Shown here: piece by piece, positions 1 through 9,265 of the stretch
Numbering within the stretch: position 1 is the stretch's first letter
Layout: the number at the start of each line of letters is the position of its first letter
Assembly: GCA_963779755.1 (NCBI GenBank)
Contig: CAVZZO010000001.1
Coordinates: 32,001-96,000, forward strand
Reading direction: 5' to 3'
DNA: 64,000 nucleotides
Source of the DNA: an uncultured Gemmatimonadales bacterium
GTDB lineage: Bacteria; Gemmatimonadota; Gemmatimonadetes; Gemmatimonadales; GWC2-71-9
Position numbers and translations under genes: made by a program
Notes under the pieces: model-generated
Database searches by the model: none
The model's input: only the letters and a program-made list of their open reading frames with translations
What the model was told of the DNA's origin: nothing

Positions 1-3000
1 GGGTTGCCGCTGATGATCATCTCGCTGGTGCCGCTCACGTGGGCGCCGGGCGCGATGTCCTTGTCGGTCTGAACCGACCCCTCCAGCCGCTGCTCCGGGA
101 AATTCATGGTGATGGCCATGTTCCCGAACGGCGTGGGGATGTTCGTCACCGCCAGGCCGCCGGTGCCGGCGTTCACATTGGTGCCCTGCACACCGATGGA
201 CAGGTCGCCCGATACCTGGCTGCTCACATCGAGGTGGCCCTGGTAGTTCGTGCCCCACTGCCCGCCGGCCACCTTCGCCCCGCCCTTGAGCTGGCTGATC
301 CCGATCTGGCCCACGTCCAGCGTCGCCTTGGGCAGCGGGAGCGCCTCGATCTTCTCACCCGGCCCCATGGGCGTGCGCCGGAACGAAGAGGCGACGGAGA
401 ATTTCTTCGGCACCGTCACGGCGCCGTCGCCGTGGAAACCGGTCTGGTCCAGCACACCCTGCTGCACCGACACCAGCGGCCCCCCGATATCGAAGGGCGC
501 GATGTCGATGGGATTGAACTTGAAAATCGGCGGCTGGCTGGCCACCGGTCGGGTGTAGTCGATCACCACCGGCTGGGGCTGCAGCCCCGGCACGTGCAGA
601 TCGAGCGCCCCCGCAAAGCTCACCGATGACTGGGTAATCCCCAGGTTGGAGACGGTCAGGTCGCCGGTATTGTAGAGCCGCACGCTGCTGCCGGACTCCA
701 GCGAGAAAAGCTTGGAGCCGTTGGAGAGGAAGTTCCAGCTCTGGATTCTGATCTCATCGCCCGCCGCCATGCCGGGCAGGGCGGCAATCCGGCCCCCGTC
801 GCCGAAGAGCTTCCAGGGGCCGGTCGGCGTATCGCGGCCGAAGGTGATCCCTCCCTCCACTTCCAGGGGCAGGAACCCGCCCAGCAGGATCGGCCCGCCG
901 CCGAAGGTACCGCCCTCGAGGGTGGTGGGCGTCACCTGCAATCCGGTGAACGGGAAATGGATGGTGCTGGCGGGCTGGTTGGGCGCCATGGGGACGGTGA
1001 TCGCTCCCTGAACCAGATGCAGATGTCCCTGCTGCAGCGACCAGCTGGGCGCGTCCAGGGTCCAGCTGCCCAGCCCAAAGGAAAGCGCCTGATCGCCCTT
1101 GGCCGGCTGCAACCCGGCGCCCGCGCCGGTGCCCGGCTTCACCGTCAGATCGGGGACGGCGATCTTGAGATCGCCGACGCCGGGGATGGCGGTGTGCAGG
1201 GTGGCGGCCAGCGTCATGGCGCTCGCCGCCAGATGCGACGAATCCGCGGCCGCGCCGGCATCGAATCCGTACACGGTCAGCTTGAGATCGCCGCCCTGCT
1301 CGGTCCCCACGTCGTAGCCGCCGGCCGGAGCGGCCGAGGCGCCGCCCGCCTGGAGCGTGGCGATATGCATCCGCTGTGCTCCCGTGGCGCCGGGCAGCAG
1401 CAGGTGCAACGGCTGGCCGAAGGTCAGCTCCGCCGTATTGAGCGGGAAGGAGCCCGGCAACACCTCGACGGCGCCGGTCACCGCGCCCGTCCCGCCGCCC
1501 TGATCGGCCACCGTCAGCCCGCCGTCCTGGTGCTGCCGTACCAGGTACTTGCCATAGAGCGTGAGCGGCAGGTCGCTCTCCGCGACATGCACGGTGCCCC
1601 CCTGCGGTGCCGGCTGGGCGGCGCCGGTAACCGTCACGCTGTCGAACTGCAGCGTCTGCCCGCTGTTCCGGGGGGCAAAGGCCGGGTTCGACGGGACACC
1701 GGTAAAGCGGCCGCTCAGCAGCGCACCCTGTGCCGTCTTCTGGTAGCTCTGCACCTCGATGGTCAGCCCCAGCAGCTCGGTGGGCAGGTTATGGACGGAC
1801 GTGAGGTGAAAGTCCTGTGTCGCCGGCGAACCCGGCTGCGCCGCCACCTGGGCCGAGTCGCCCGTATAGTGGGATCCGGCCTTCCCCGCCCGGACCAGGT
1901 GCGTGCCCACCGGCGCGCCGTGCAGCGCATAATGCCCCGCCGCGTCGGTGGTGTCTTCCAGGTCGGTGCCGCCCACCCCCGCGCCGGCGATGAAGACGCG
2001 CGCGCCCGCCAGCGCCGAGTCGGTTCCACTGCCGCCGTACACGGTGCCCCGCACCGTGGCGCCCGCCGCCAGGCCCAGCACCGACATCACCGGTGTCCGG
2101 CTCTCCGGCACCGGCACCTGCGGTGAGGCGGTCAGGTAGTCGGAACCGGGCGGTGGGGTGATCTGTACCGTCACCTGCGCGATCGAATCCGGCGAGGTCG
2201 TCTTCCAGGAGAATTCCGCGAACCCGCCCGCGTCGGTGGTGGCGCTGGGCTGCCCGTTCTCCTGTGGCAGCGCCACCAACGCGCCCTTGATGGGCGGCGG
2301 CGACTGCCCGCCGGTCAGGCGCATCACCCGCGGCCGGCCGCGAACCCGCATCTGCCGGCCGGCCGGCGGCTGGTCCTTGAGCGCCACCACCTTCACCCGC
2401 AGCCGACGCATCCGGAGGTACACCACCGCCTTTCCCAGGTCCGACCTCCCCTGGGGAATTGTCATGGTGGTGTCGCTGGGGAAGTACTGGGGGCCGGCAT
2501 CCACGTGTATGGTCTGTCGGCCCGAATTGGCCGGCATGGTGACCTGCCAGGCGCGCACCTGCAGCTGGGTGGCGTTCACCCGCACCAGGCCGCCCGCCTG
2601 CTGCCGCTGCTGCCCCACCCGCAACTGGCGCTGCGCCCGCTGCTGATTGCCTCCCCCCGGCGGCTGGCTGCTCCAGGTGACCTGCCCCCCCATGGGCATC
2701 AGGTACTGGCCCTGCTGGTTTCCGTATACCGGCTGGGCGTCGTAGCCGCCCCCCTGCCCCACCCAGACCTTCCCCGGCACCGGCGTTCCCTGCTCGTCCA
2801 CCAGCGCCAGGGTGATGGTCGCGTCGGGCTGGAGGACGTGATCGTGGTGGGTGCGCACGCCGGAGTCGGGAATGAACGAAAAGGAATCGGGCCGGAACCC
2901 GGGCGCATGCACGTAGACCTTGTAGTTCTTCTTCACCTCGAACCCGCCGACCACGAACTTGCCGTTATCCGACGGTTTTACCGCATGCAGGATCAGCGTG

Positions 3001-5027
3001 CCGCCCACGCCCGGCTGCACCAGCACCATCAGGGCCTCGGGAATGGGCTTCTTGCCGCTGTCCGACCGCAGCACCATCCCGAAATATTCCGGCGGCTTCG
3101 CCACCACCGGGATCCGCGCCTGATAGGTACGGCCCGCATCGTACTGCTCGTTGAAGACCGCATCGTCCCAGCCCAGGGAATCGTCCAGCAGCATGGGATG
3201 GCTGACCGACAGCGAGGCGGCAAAGTACGACTTGTTGGGATTGTTGGGATCACTGGACACCCGCACCGAATAGCGATCCGACGCGCCCACATTCTTCACC
3301 AGATGGTAGAAGAGCACGTTACCCTTGTCGTCGGTGCTGCCCTCGCCGATGATCTCGAACAGCCCGTACTTCCCCCGGGGCGCCTTGGCCGTGCCTTCGT
3401 TGGCCGGGGCGCCGGGGGGACGGTACGGGCGCAGCAGCTGTACCCGCATGCCGGTGAGGCTCGCCTTGGTGCCGGCGCGCAACACCGTAACCCGGAGCCG
3501 GTAGGAACGGACCAGCGACACCAGCGTACCCACATCGCCGTTGCCCTTGCGCTCCAGTTCGTCCGCGGGGTTGGCGTAGTGGGGGTCTCCCACTTCCACG
3601 GTGTAGAACCGGGCCAGGTTGGCGCCGCTCTCGTGATAGGCGAACTCGCCGCTGCCGCTCGCGATATCGGCGTGCAGGGCGATGAGGCCGGTGGGCAGGT
3701 CGTCATGGAAGAGGAAGATGAACCGCCCGTCGCTGCCCGTGGCGGCGCTCGCCACCACCTTGCGGTTGTCGCTGTACTGCTTCGAGCCGGCGTAGAGCGT
3801 CTGGAAGGGAATCCACTGCTTGCCGGTGCGATAGTGCACGACCAGCCGGACGGTAACGCCGGCCAGCGGATCGGTCCGGGGAGCGTCGCTGAGGTGGACC
3901 GGACCGCCCGACGACGGCGGCGGAGGCGTGGTCTTCCCCCCTGCCGTGGAGTGCTGCCCCGGCTGCCCCTGCATTTCCATGGTCATGCCGCCGGGCGGCG
4001 GCCCCAGGTAGGTCGCCACCTGCCGCGGCTTGGGCACGGCATTGGGCTGGAAGGTGTACAGCAACCGTCCGCTCAGCGCCGCATTGTACAGCACGTTGGG
4101 CTGCGCGGGTTCCTGGACCCCCGGCTTCTGCTGCGCGGCCTGGGCCGCCCGGCTGAAGGTGTAGATCTCGCTCAGCCCCTGATTCAGTCCCAGCGGCCGG
4201 ACGCCGCCCGCTTCGCCCCTCGGCATCGCCAGCGATTGCACCTGCCAGGCATAGGTCTTCCCCGGCTGCAGCGGCGGCGCCGAGGCCGGCCAGGGGAAGG
4301 TGGTAAGACCGATCAGCTCGCGGTCCAGCAGCGGATGGCTTCCCGCCAGAGCCTGGCGCGGCGTCTGGCCCCGCAGCACCTCGGCCACGCGCAGCACATA
4401 AGCGGGCCGCGGGGTGGTCGCAGACACCACCGGGGTCCACTGGAAGGTGGGATAGGGCGTCTGCACCTGGGTATGGTTGGCCGGCGCGATCAGATGGGGT
4501 GGCGGGGGCTGGATCACCATCTTGCGCTGCACTACCACGGCCGGCTGTTGCGGTGCCGCCAGGCTGAAGCTGGCGCAGCGGTGGATGAGCATCAGCTTCA
4601 CGGCCATATCCGCGCTGGGAGGCGGCGGCTGAACATCCACACAGAGCTGATAGGACCCGGGTGGCAGTGTGCCGCTCTGGGCCACCTGGCTCCCCGCTCC
4701 GCTCCAGTTCATGCGGCTCCAGGCCGCCAGCTGAGGCGTGCGCAGAATCCGGGTGCCGGACGGCAGCTGGGAGAGGTTCCCGGGGACTTTGCCGATGAGC
4801 TGCCCGTCCTTCAGCAGCGTCATGGTGGAGGTGACCGCGACCGGCTGGGCCAGCGTGGTCTGGACCACCACCATGGCAATCCCCGGACTGCTGCTCCAGG
4901 CCTTCCAGTCCGACGAAGGCTGGGGCACGCTCACCGTCACGTTGACCACCGGCTGCTGGGCCTCGGCCCCACGCGCGCCCAGCGCGGCGATGGCCAGTGC
5001 GGCGGCGGAGAAGAGTTTCGCGCGCAT
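1..5027 (-). CDS. Giant secreted protein (>1675 aa, 3' end beyond window): signal peptide, TANFOR/Fn3-like N-terminal module, carboxypeptidase-regulatory-like beta-sandwich repeats, long beta-rich C-terminal region
   Basis: Not in the ORF track because there is no stop inside the window. ATG at 5027 overlaps the upstream TGA. Manual translation starts MRAKLFSAAALAIAALGARGAEAQQ and ends ...HVSGTSEMIISGN at the edge. The long + strand shadow ORFs (39, 957, 2505) are all in the antisense register of this one frame. Confidence 0.88.
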   Translation of the reverse strand, partial: MRAKLFSAAALAIAALGARGAEAQQPVVNVTVSVPQPSSDWKAWSSSPGIAMVVVQTTLAQPVAVTSTMTLLKDGQLIGKVPGNLSQLPSGTRILRTPQLAAWSRMNWSGAGSQVAQSGTLPPGSYQLCVDVQPPPPSADMAVKLMLIHRCASFSLAAPQQPAVVVQRKMVIQPPPPHLIAPANHTQVQTPYPTFQWTPVVSATTPRPAYVLRVAEVLRGQTPRQALAGSHPLLDRELIGLTTFPWPASAPPLQPGKTYAWQVQSLAMPRGEAGGVRPLGLNQGLSEIYTFSRAAQAAQQKPGVQEPAQPNVLYNAALSGRLLYTFQPNAVPKPRQVATYLGPPPGGMTMEMQGQPGQHSTAGGKTTPPPPSSGGPVHLSDAPRTDPLAGVTVRLVVHYRTGKQWIPFQTLYAGSKQYSDNRKVVASAATGSDGRFIFLFHDDLPTGLIALHADIASGSGEFAYHESGANLARFYTVEVGDPHYANPADELERKGNGDVGTLVSLVRSYRLRVTVLRAGTKASLTGMRVQLLRPYRPPGAPANEGTAKAPRGKYGLFEIIGEGSTDDKGNVLFYHLVKNVGASDRYSVRVSSDPNNPNKSYFAASLSVSHPMLLDDSLGWDDAVFNEQYDAGRTYQARIPVVAKPPEYFGMVLRSDSGKKPIPEALMVLVQPGVGGTLILHAVKPSDNGKFVVGGFEVKKNYKVYVHAPGFRPDSFSFIPDSGVRTHHDHVLQPDATITLALVDEQGTPVPGKVWVGQGGGYDAQPVYGNQQGQYLMPMGGQVTWSSQPPGGGNQQRAQRQLRVGQQRQQAGGLVRVNATQLQVRAWQVTMPANSGRQTIHVDAGPQYFPSDTTMTIPQGRSDLGKAVVYLRMRRLRVKVVALKDQPPAGRQMRVRGRPRVMRLTGGQSPPPIKGALVALPQENGQPSATTDAGGFAEFSWKTTSPDSIAQVTVQITPPPGSDYLTASPQVPVPESRTPVMSVLGLAAGATVRGTVYGGSGTDSALAGARVFIAGAGVGGTDLEDTTDAAGHYALHGAPVGTHLVRAGKAGSHYTGDSAQVAAQPGSPATQDFHLTSVHNLPTELLGLTIEVQSYQKTAQGALLSGRFTGVPSNPAFAPRNSGQTLQFDSVTVTGAAQPAPQGGTVHVAESDLPLTLYGKYLVRQHQDGGLTVADQGGGTGAVTGAVEVLPGSFPLNTAELTFGQPLHLLLPGATGAQRMHIATLQAGGASAAPAGGYDVGTEQGGDLKLTVYGFDAGAAADSSHLAASAMTLAATLHTAIPGVGDLKIAVPDLTVKPGTGAGAGLQPAKGDQALSFGLGSWTLDAPSWSLQQGHLHLVQGAITVPMAPNQPASTIHFPFTGLQVTPTTLEGGTFGGGPILLGGFLPLEVEGGITFGRDTPTGPWKLFGDGGRIAALPGMAAGDEIRIQSWNFLSNGSKLFSLESGSSVRLYNTGDLTVSNLGITQSSVSFAGALDLHVPGLQPQPVVIDYTRPVASQPPIFKFNPIDIAPFDIGGPLVSVQQGVLDQTGFHGDGAVTVPKKFSVASSFRRTPMGPGEKIEALPLPKATLDVGQIGISQLKGGAKVAGGQWGTNYQGHLDVSSQVSGDLSIGVQGTNVNAGTGGLAVTNIPTPFGNMAITMNFPEQRLEGSVQTDKDIAPGAHVSGTSEMIISGN

Positions 5028-7558
5028 CAGAAGGAGTACCGGTATTCCAGGCTGCCCACCGTCTCGTTGAAGGCGCTGCCCGGCATGGCGGTGCCGTAGG
5101 CGTAATGCCGGTGTGTTACTACCAGCGTCACCTGCTGGCGCGGCGTCACCGCGAAACTGGCGTTGAGCTGCGGGTACAGCTCCGTGTCCAGGTCGGTGCC
5201 GGCGATACCGCTCCAGGTCCATTGCAGGCCCAGCATGGTGTTGAGCCGGCCCTGGAAGAAGGGCAGGGCCAGCGCCGGATACAGCGTGCTGAGATTGGTC
5301 TCCAGCGAGTCCACCTTCACCTGGGTGAAGGTGCCGGTCGTGGTGAGCGAAATGCCCGAAGGAAAGGCCAGGGTATAGGAAAACATGGCGCTCCCCGTGC
5401 GGGTATCCTGCAGCCCGGTAATGCCGGGAGAGGAATTATCGGCGGTCTGCCAGGTGCCCGATGCCGCCAGGACGTGCTGCTCGGCCCCGGTCTGCCAGGT
5501 CAGCCGGGGCGTCAGGGTATAGGACTGGTTCACGTTCCGCAGCGCCAGCATGGGATCGTTGCTTTCCACATTGTTTACGATGTTGCTCGCGCTGCCGTCC
5601 AGGCCGAACGCCGTCGTCGCCTGCCAGCTGGCGGTGAGGCTGTAGATCCCCCGCATGGTGGTGGTGCTCTGCAGCGTGTTATCCAGGTTGTTCTGCTGCA
5701 AACCCGCCTGCAGGCCCAGCGAAAGCGTCCCCCGGTGCAGCTGGCCCGTGGCTTCGTAGCGGATCTGGTCCGACTGCAGCTGCGTATTCCCCAATGCGTG
5801 ATAGTCGGGGCCGACATAGGTCACCCGGCCGCCGAGGGACCATGCCGGCGCCTGCCAGCTGAGTCCCACCGCCCCGGCGTAATCCCGCACCGCGTCGAAC
5901 GCCGCCCGTTTGTCCGCCTTGTAGCTGGAGCGGGTGCCTTCCAGCTCGAGCCAGAGCCGCCGGGCAGAGAAAGGCACCTTGCCGTGCAGGCCGAGCACCA
6001 GGTCCTGCTGGGGCGACGCGGCGGCGGTGGTGTCGCCGAACATGCCCAGCGATCCGGCATCGTCGCTGGCGCTCACCAGCGTCAGCTCCGCCAGCATGCC
6101 GCTGGGCGCTTCATAACCCAGCCGGCCAATGCCCATCCAGCGGGTGAATTCCGGCTGCACGAACTGCCCCATGGTCGGATGGATCGCGCGGCGCGCGCGG
6201 CCGTATCCGCCATCGAAGCGCCAGCGACCCGGGTGGCCCTCGATGCCGCCGCCCAGCAGCGTCGCGTCGGACAGGGTGAGGTCGGTAAAGCGGGGCGTGT
6301 AGTAGCCCGCATGCAGGACGTAATCGCGCCAGGTGGGGCTGACTCCCAGCTGGTTGATCTCCTGGCGGAAACTCACCTGGTCGGTGGAGATGATCGCCTG
6401 GACGGGCACCTGCACCAGCCCGTTGGCCATCGACAACGTGGTGTTTACCTGCAGGCGGCCGGTCTGGTCCGGCCGGGCGGCCGTGCCGGCGCTGCCGGAG
6501 AGATCATACAGCTCGCCGTAGGCGCTGATGCTGCCGCTGGCCGTCAGGGGGGGCGCCGGCGTGGGCGAGGACAGCAGTCCGTAGGCGCCGGCGGCGGGAA
6601 CCCCCAGGGCGATGCCCGCCCCAGCCGAGGAGTCGGCGGGAAGGGTATCGGGCAGCAGCGCGGTGCGGGGGGGCTGATAGCAGAAGGTGTAGATCTGGCT
6701 CCGGCCCTGGTTGGTGCCCACCGGCGCCAGCACCGGCTGGACGTCGCTGCCCTGCAGGGTCACCGACTGCACCTGCCAGGCGTAGCAGGAGCCCGCGCGC
6801 AGCGGGTAGGCTGCCGGCGGGTAGAGCAGCGCGGTGCGCTGGCTCAGGAAGGTCTCGAACACCGGCCGGTCGGCTTCCAGCGCCTCGCGCGAGGTCTGCC
6901 CGCCCAGCATCTCCACCAGCCGGAAGCGGTAGGTCACCCCCGGCACGCCGGTGACCGGCGTCCACTGAAAAACGGGATTCGGCAGCGTCACCGCCATCCG
7001 GTCCACCGGCAGCAGCAGCCGCGGCGCCTCGGGAAAGCGGATAATGAAGGTCGAGCAGGAAATGATGTCGGGATAGGATCGCTGCGTCTGCACACCGGTG
7101 ACACCAGTCAGGGTGACGCAGAGGGTCCAGTCGCCGTCGGGCAGCCGGCCGGTATCGTGCACCTGGCTGCCGGCGGAGCCGATGTAGGAGAAGAGGCTCC
7201 AGGGGGCAATACGCGGCGCCGGAATCATCGAGACCTGGGGCGTCGTGGTGCCGGGAATGGTCAGGAACGGCGGCGTAGCCGGCCCCAGCTGCGCCACCAG
7301 CACATCGCCCCCGTTGCGGCTCAGCGAGGCACTGACCTGGACCTGCAGGTCTTCTCCCGTGCTGTTGGTGAGCGTCAGGAAGGCCCAGCTCGGCCGGGTC
7401 TGCAGATCGGCGATGGATGCGGTCGGATTCGGGGTGACCAGAGTGCCGGTAACGGTCCCCTGTGCCCAGGCGGGCGTGGTCGCCAGTACGAGCAGGGCGC
7501 CGACTCGCAACGCACAACGCGAGAGCCACCCTGGCTTCTGCGGTGCACTTTCAGGCAT
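5027..7558 (-). CDS. Putative outer-membrane beta-barrel protein with N-terminal TANFOR/Fn3-like module (843 aa)
   Basis: Signal peptide (..TPAWA-Q); PVFQWTP...YAWQVQ...SQIYTF module; about 500 aa of amphipathic beta-strands; ends LEYRYSF with a terminal Phe typical of a beta-signal. Confidence 0.8.
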   Translation of the reverse strand: MPESAPQKPGWLSRCALRVGALLVLATTPAWAQGTVTGTLVTPNPTASIADLQTRPSWAFLTLTNSTGEDLQVQVSASLSRNGGDVLVAQLGPATPPFLTIPGTTTPQVSMIPAPRIAPWSLFSYIGSAGSQVHDTGRLPDGDWTLCVTLTGVTGVQTQRSYPDIISCSTFIIRFPEAPRLLLPVDRMAVTLPNPVFQWTPVTGVPGVTYRFRLVEMLGGQTSREALEADRPVFETFLSQRTALLYPPAAYPLRAGSCYAWQVQSVTLQGSDVQPVLAPVGTNQGRSQIYTFCYQPPRTALLPDTLPADSSAGAGIALGVPAAGAYGLLSSPTPAPPLTASGSISAYGELYDLSGSAGTAARPDQTGRLQVNTTLSMANGLVQVPVQAIISTDQVSFRQEINQLGVSPTWRDYVLHAGYYTPRFTDLTLSDATLLGGGIEGHPGRWRFDGGYGRARRAIHPTMGQFVQPEFTRWMGIGRLGYEAPSGMLAELTLVSASDDAGSLGMFGDTTAAASPQQDLVLGLHGKVPFSARRLWLELEGTRSSYKADKRAAFDAVRDYAGAVGLSWQAPAWSLGGRVTYVGPDYHALGNTQLQSDQIRYEATGQLHRGTLSLGLQAGLQQNNLDNTLQSTTTMRGIYSLTASWQATTAFGLDGSASNIVNNVESNDPMLALRNVNQSYTLTPRLTWQTGAEQHVLAASGTWQTADNSSPGITGLQDTRTGSAMFSYTLAFPSGISLTTTGTFTQVKVDSLETNLSTLYPALALPFFQGRLNTMLGLQWTWSGIAGTDLDTELYPQLNASFAVTPRQQVTLVVTHRHYAYGTAMPGSAFNETVGSLEYRYSF

Positions 7559-7845
7559 GCACGGCCTCCGGAATGGTCCGAAACCAGGTCACCGGAGAGA
7601 CGCGAAGCGCCCACCCGGAAGACCATGCCGCTCTCGCAGATGCGCGTGAGAGCGGGAGTTACCCCTTGCAGGGCCTGCGGCAAACGATGGAACGATGCTG
7701 CGGACGGGCCGGAGACAGGAGCAGCGGTTCCGGACACCGGCCGCAGGCCAACGCAAGATTCACTCCGCCGCTGGCGCAACCGGCTGCAGGCTAGTACGGT
7801 TCGGTGCCGTTCCACCTCCGCCCATAACCGTCCTGGAGCTTCCCC

Positions 7846-8517
7846 ATGCCCCTCCCCCGCCGCTCGTTTCTCGGCTGGCTCGGCGCCGGCCTGCTGGTCC
7901 CTGCAAGCCACCGTGGTACCTGGGCCGGCAGCGCCGCCGGCCGGGAATACCCCGCCCCGGTGAGCCCGGAGTGGGACATGAGCTGGGTGGACCGGGTCAC
8001 CGGCGACTCCCGGGCCGCCTTCGACGCCCCCGCGGTGGACGAGGGCTCCGGCCTGTTCCGCGCCTGCATGTGGCGCGACCAGCACCAGGAGGTCTACGGC
8101 ACCGACAAGTCGAAGCTCACCGCGGTCCTGGTGATCCGGCACAAGGGCATTCCGCTTGTGATGGACGACTGGTACTGGGAGCACTTCAAGGTGGGCAAGG
8201 AGGAAAAGTTCAAGAGCCCGGACAACGGCAAGTGGTACACGGCCAATCCCATTCGCGTGGCGCCGCCCGACACGCCGCCGAAGTATGCGGACTACAGTCT
8301 GGAGCGGTTCATGGCCACCGGCGGCATCGTGCTCGGCTGTCACATGGCGTTTCAGCTGGTGGTCGCAAAATTCCGCAAGGAATACAAGCTGAAACCCGAC
8401 GAGGCGGAGCAGAAAGCGAAGGAGCACCTTGTTCCCGGCATCATCCTGCAGCCCAGCGGCATCTTTGCCATCCTCCGGGCACAGGAGGCGGGGTGCAATT
8501 ACGTGATGGCCACGTGA
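7846..8517 (+). CDS. Tat-exported DsrE/DsrF-like protein
   Basis: PRRSFLG twin-arginine signal; GGIVLGCHMA and PSGIFAILRAQEAGCNY resemble DsrE-family motifs. Confidence 0.6.
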   Translation: MPLPRRSFLGWLGAGLLVPASHRGTWAGSAAGREYPAPVSPEWDMSWVDRVTGDSRAAFDAPAVDEGSGLFRACMWRDQHQEVYGTDKSKLTAVLVIRHKGIPLVMDDWYWEHFKVGKEEKFKSPDNGKWYTANPIRVAPPDTPPKYADYSLERFMATGGIVLGCHMAFQLVVAKFRKEYKLKPDEAEQKAKEHLVPGIILQPSGIFAILRAQEAGCNYVMAT

Positions 8518-8541
8518 CCGGCAGGGGAGGTCAGAAGCGAG

Positions 8542-8626
8542 GAGGTAAGAGGTAAGAGGTAAGGCGTGAGGCGTGAGGCGTCAGAGCCCGGGCAGTCCCA
8601 CGCCTTACCCCTTACGCCTTGCCTCA
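8542..8626. repeat. Inverted pair of heptamer tandem arrays between convergent genes
   Basis: (GAGGTAA)3 (GGCGTGA)2 GGCGTCA at 8542-8583; C-rich counterpart CGCCTTA CCCCTTA CGCCTTG CCTCA at 8601-8626. Confidence 0.85.
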
Positions 8627-8639
8627 TAGTTCTTGTTTC

Positions 8640-9218
8640 TTACCTGGGCCGTACCGTCCGCTCGATTCGTGTATCCGGCACCAGCCAGACGAGCGCCACC
8701 AGTACGTAGATCGCATCGGCAATCCACTGGTGCAGGAAGGCCAGTGGGATGGCCAGGGCGTACAGCAGGGGCGACAGCCTGCCTTTCTTGTCCGATCCTA
8801 CCGCCCGTTTCAGGATGGAATCCGGCCCCTGGCTCGCGATGATCCGGCTCTGCAGGATGTAATAGGCGATGGCGGCCGCCAGGAGGATGCAGCCGTAGAG
8901 CGCCGTGGGCACCGCTGCGAAGTGATTCTCCCCCATCCACGCGGTGGTGAACGGCACCAGGGACAGCCAGAACAGCAGGTGCAGATTGGCCCAGAGAATC
9001 CCGCCGGTCACCCGGTCCGTAAGGTAGAGCATGTGGTGATGATTGTTCCAGTAAATGCCGAGGTAGATGAAGCTCAGCAGATAGACCAGAAGAGAGGGCA
9101 GCACTTCGCGTAGCGAGCCCCAGTCGGTACCGTGCGGCACCCGCAGCTCCAGCACCATGATGGTGATCAGAATAGCGACGACACCGTCACTGAACGCTTC
9201 GAGTCGTCCGGTGGTCAT
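8640..9218 (-). CDS. TMEM175-family (DUF1211) potassium channel
   Basis: RLEAFSDGV..I.ITIMVLEL signature, YWNNHH, about 6 TM helices; start set at MTTGR. Confidence 0.9.
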   Translation of the reverse strand: MTTGRLEAFSDGVVAILITIMVLELRVPHGTDWGSLREVLPSLLVYLLSFIYLGIYWNNHHHMLYLTDRVTGGILWANLHLLFWLSLVPFTTAWMGENHFAAVPTALYGCILLAAAIAYYILQSRIIASQGPDSILKRAVGSDKKGRLSPLLYALAIPLAFLHQWIADAIYVLVALVWLVPDTRIERTVRPR

Positions 9219-9265
9219 GGGGCTCTCAGACAGGTTAGCAGTGGTATGTTTTCCGGAGGACAAGA

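Noticed and set aside
39..7963. Long + strand ORFs (39-629, 957-2126, 2505-5099, 4997-7963)
   Set aside because: Antisense shadows of the real minus-strand genes; Arg/Gly/His-rich with no motifs, as expected at high GC.
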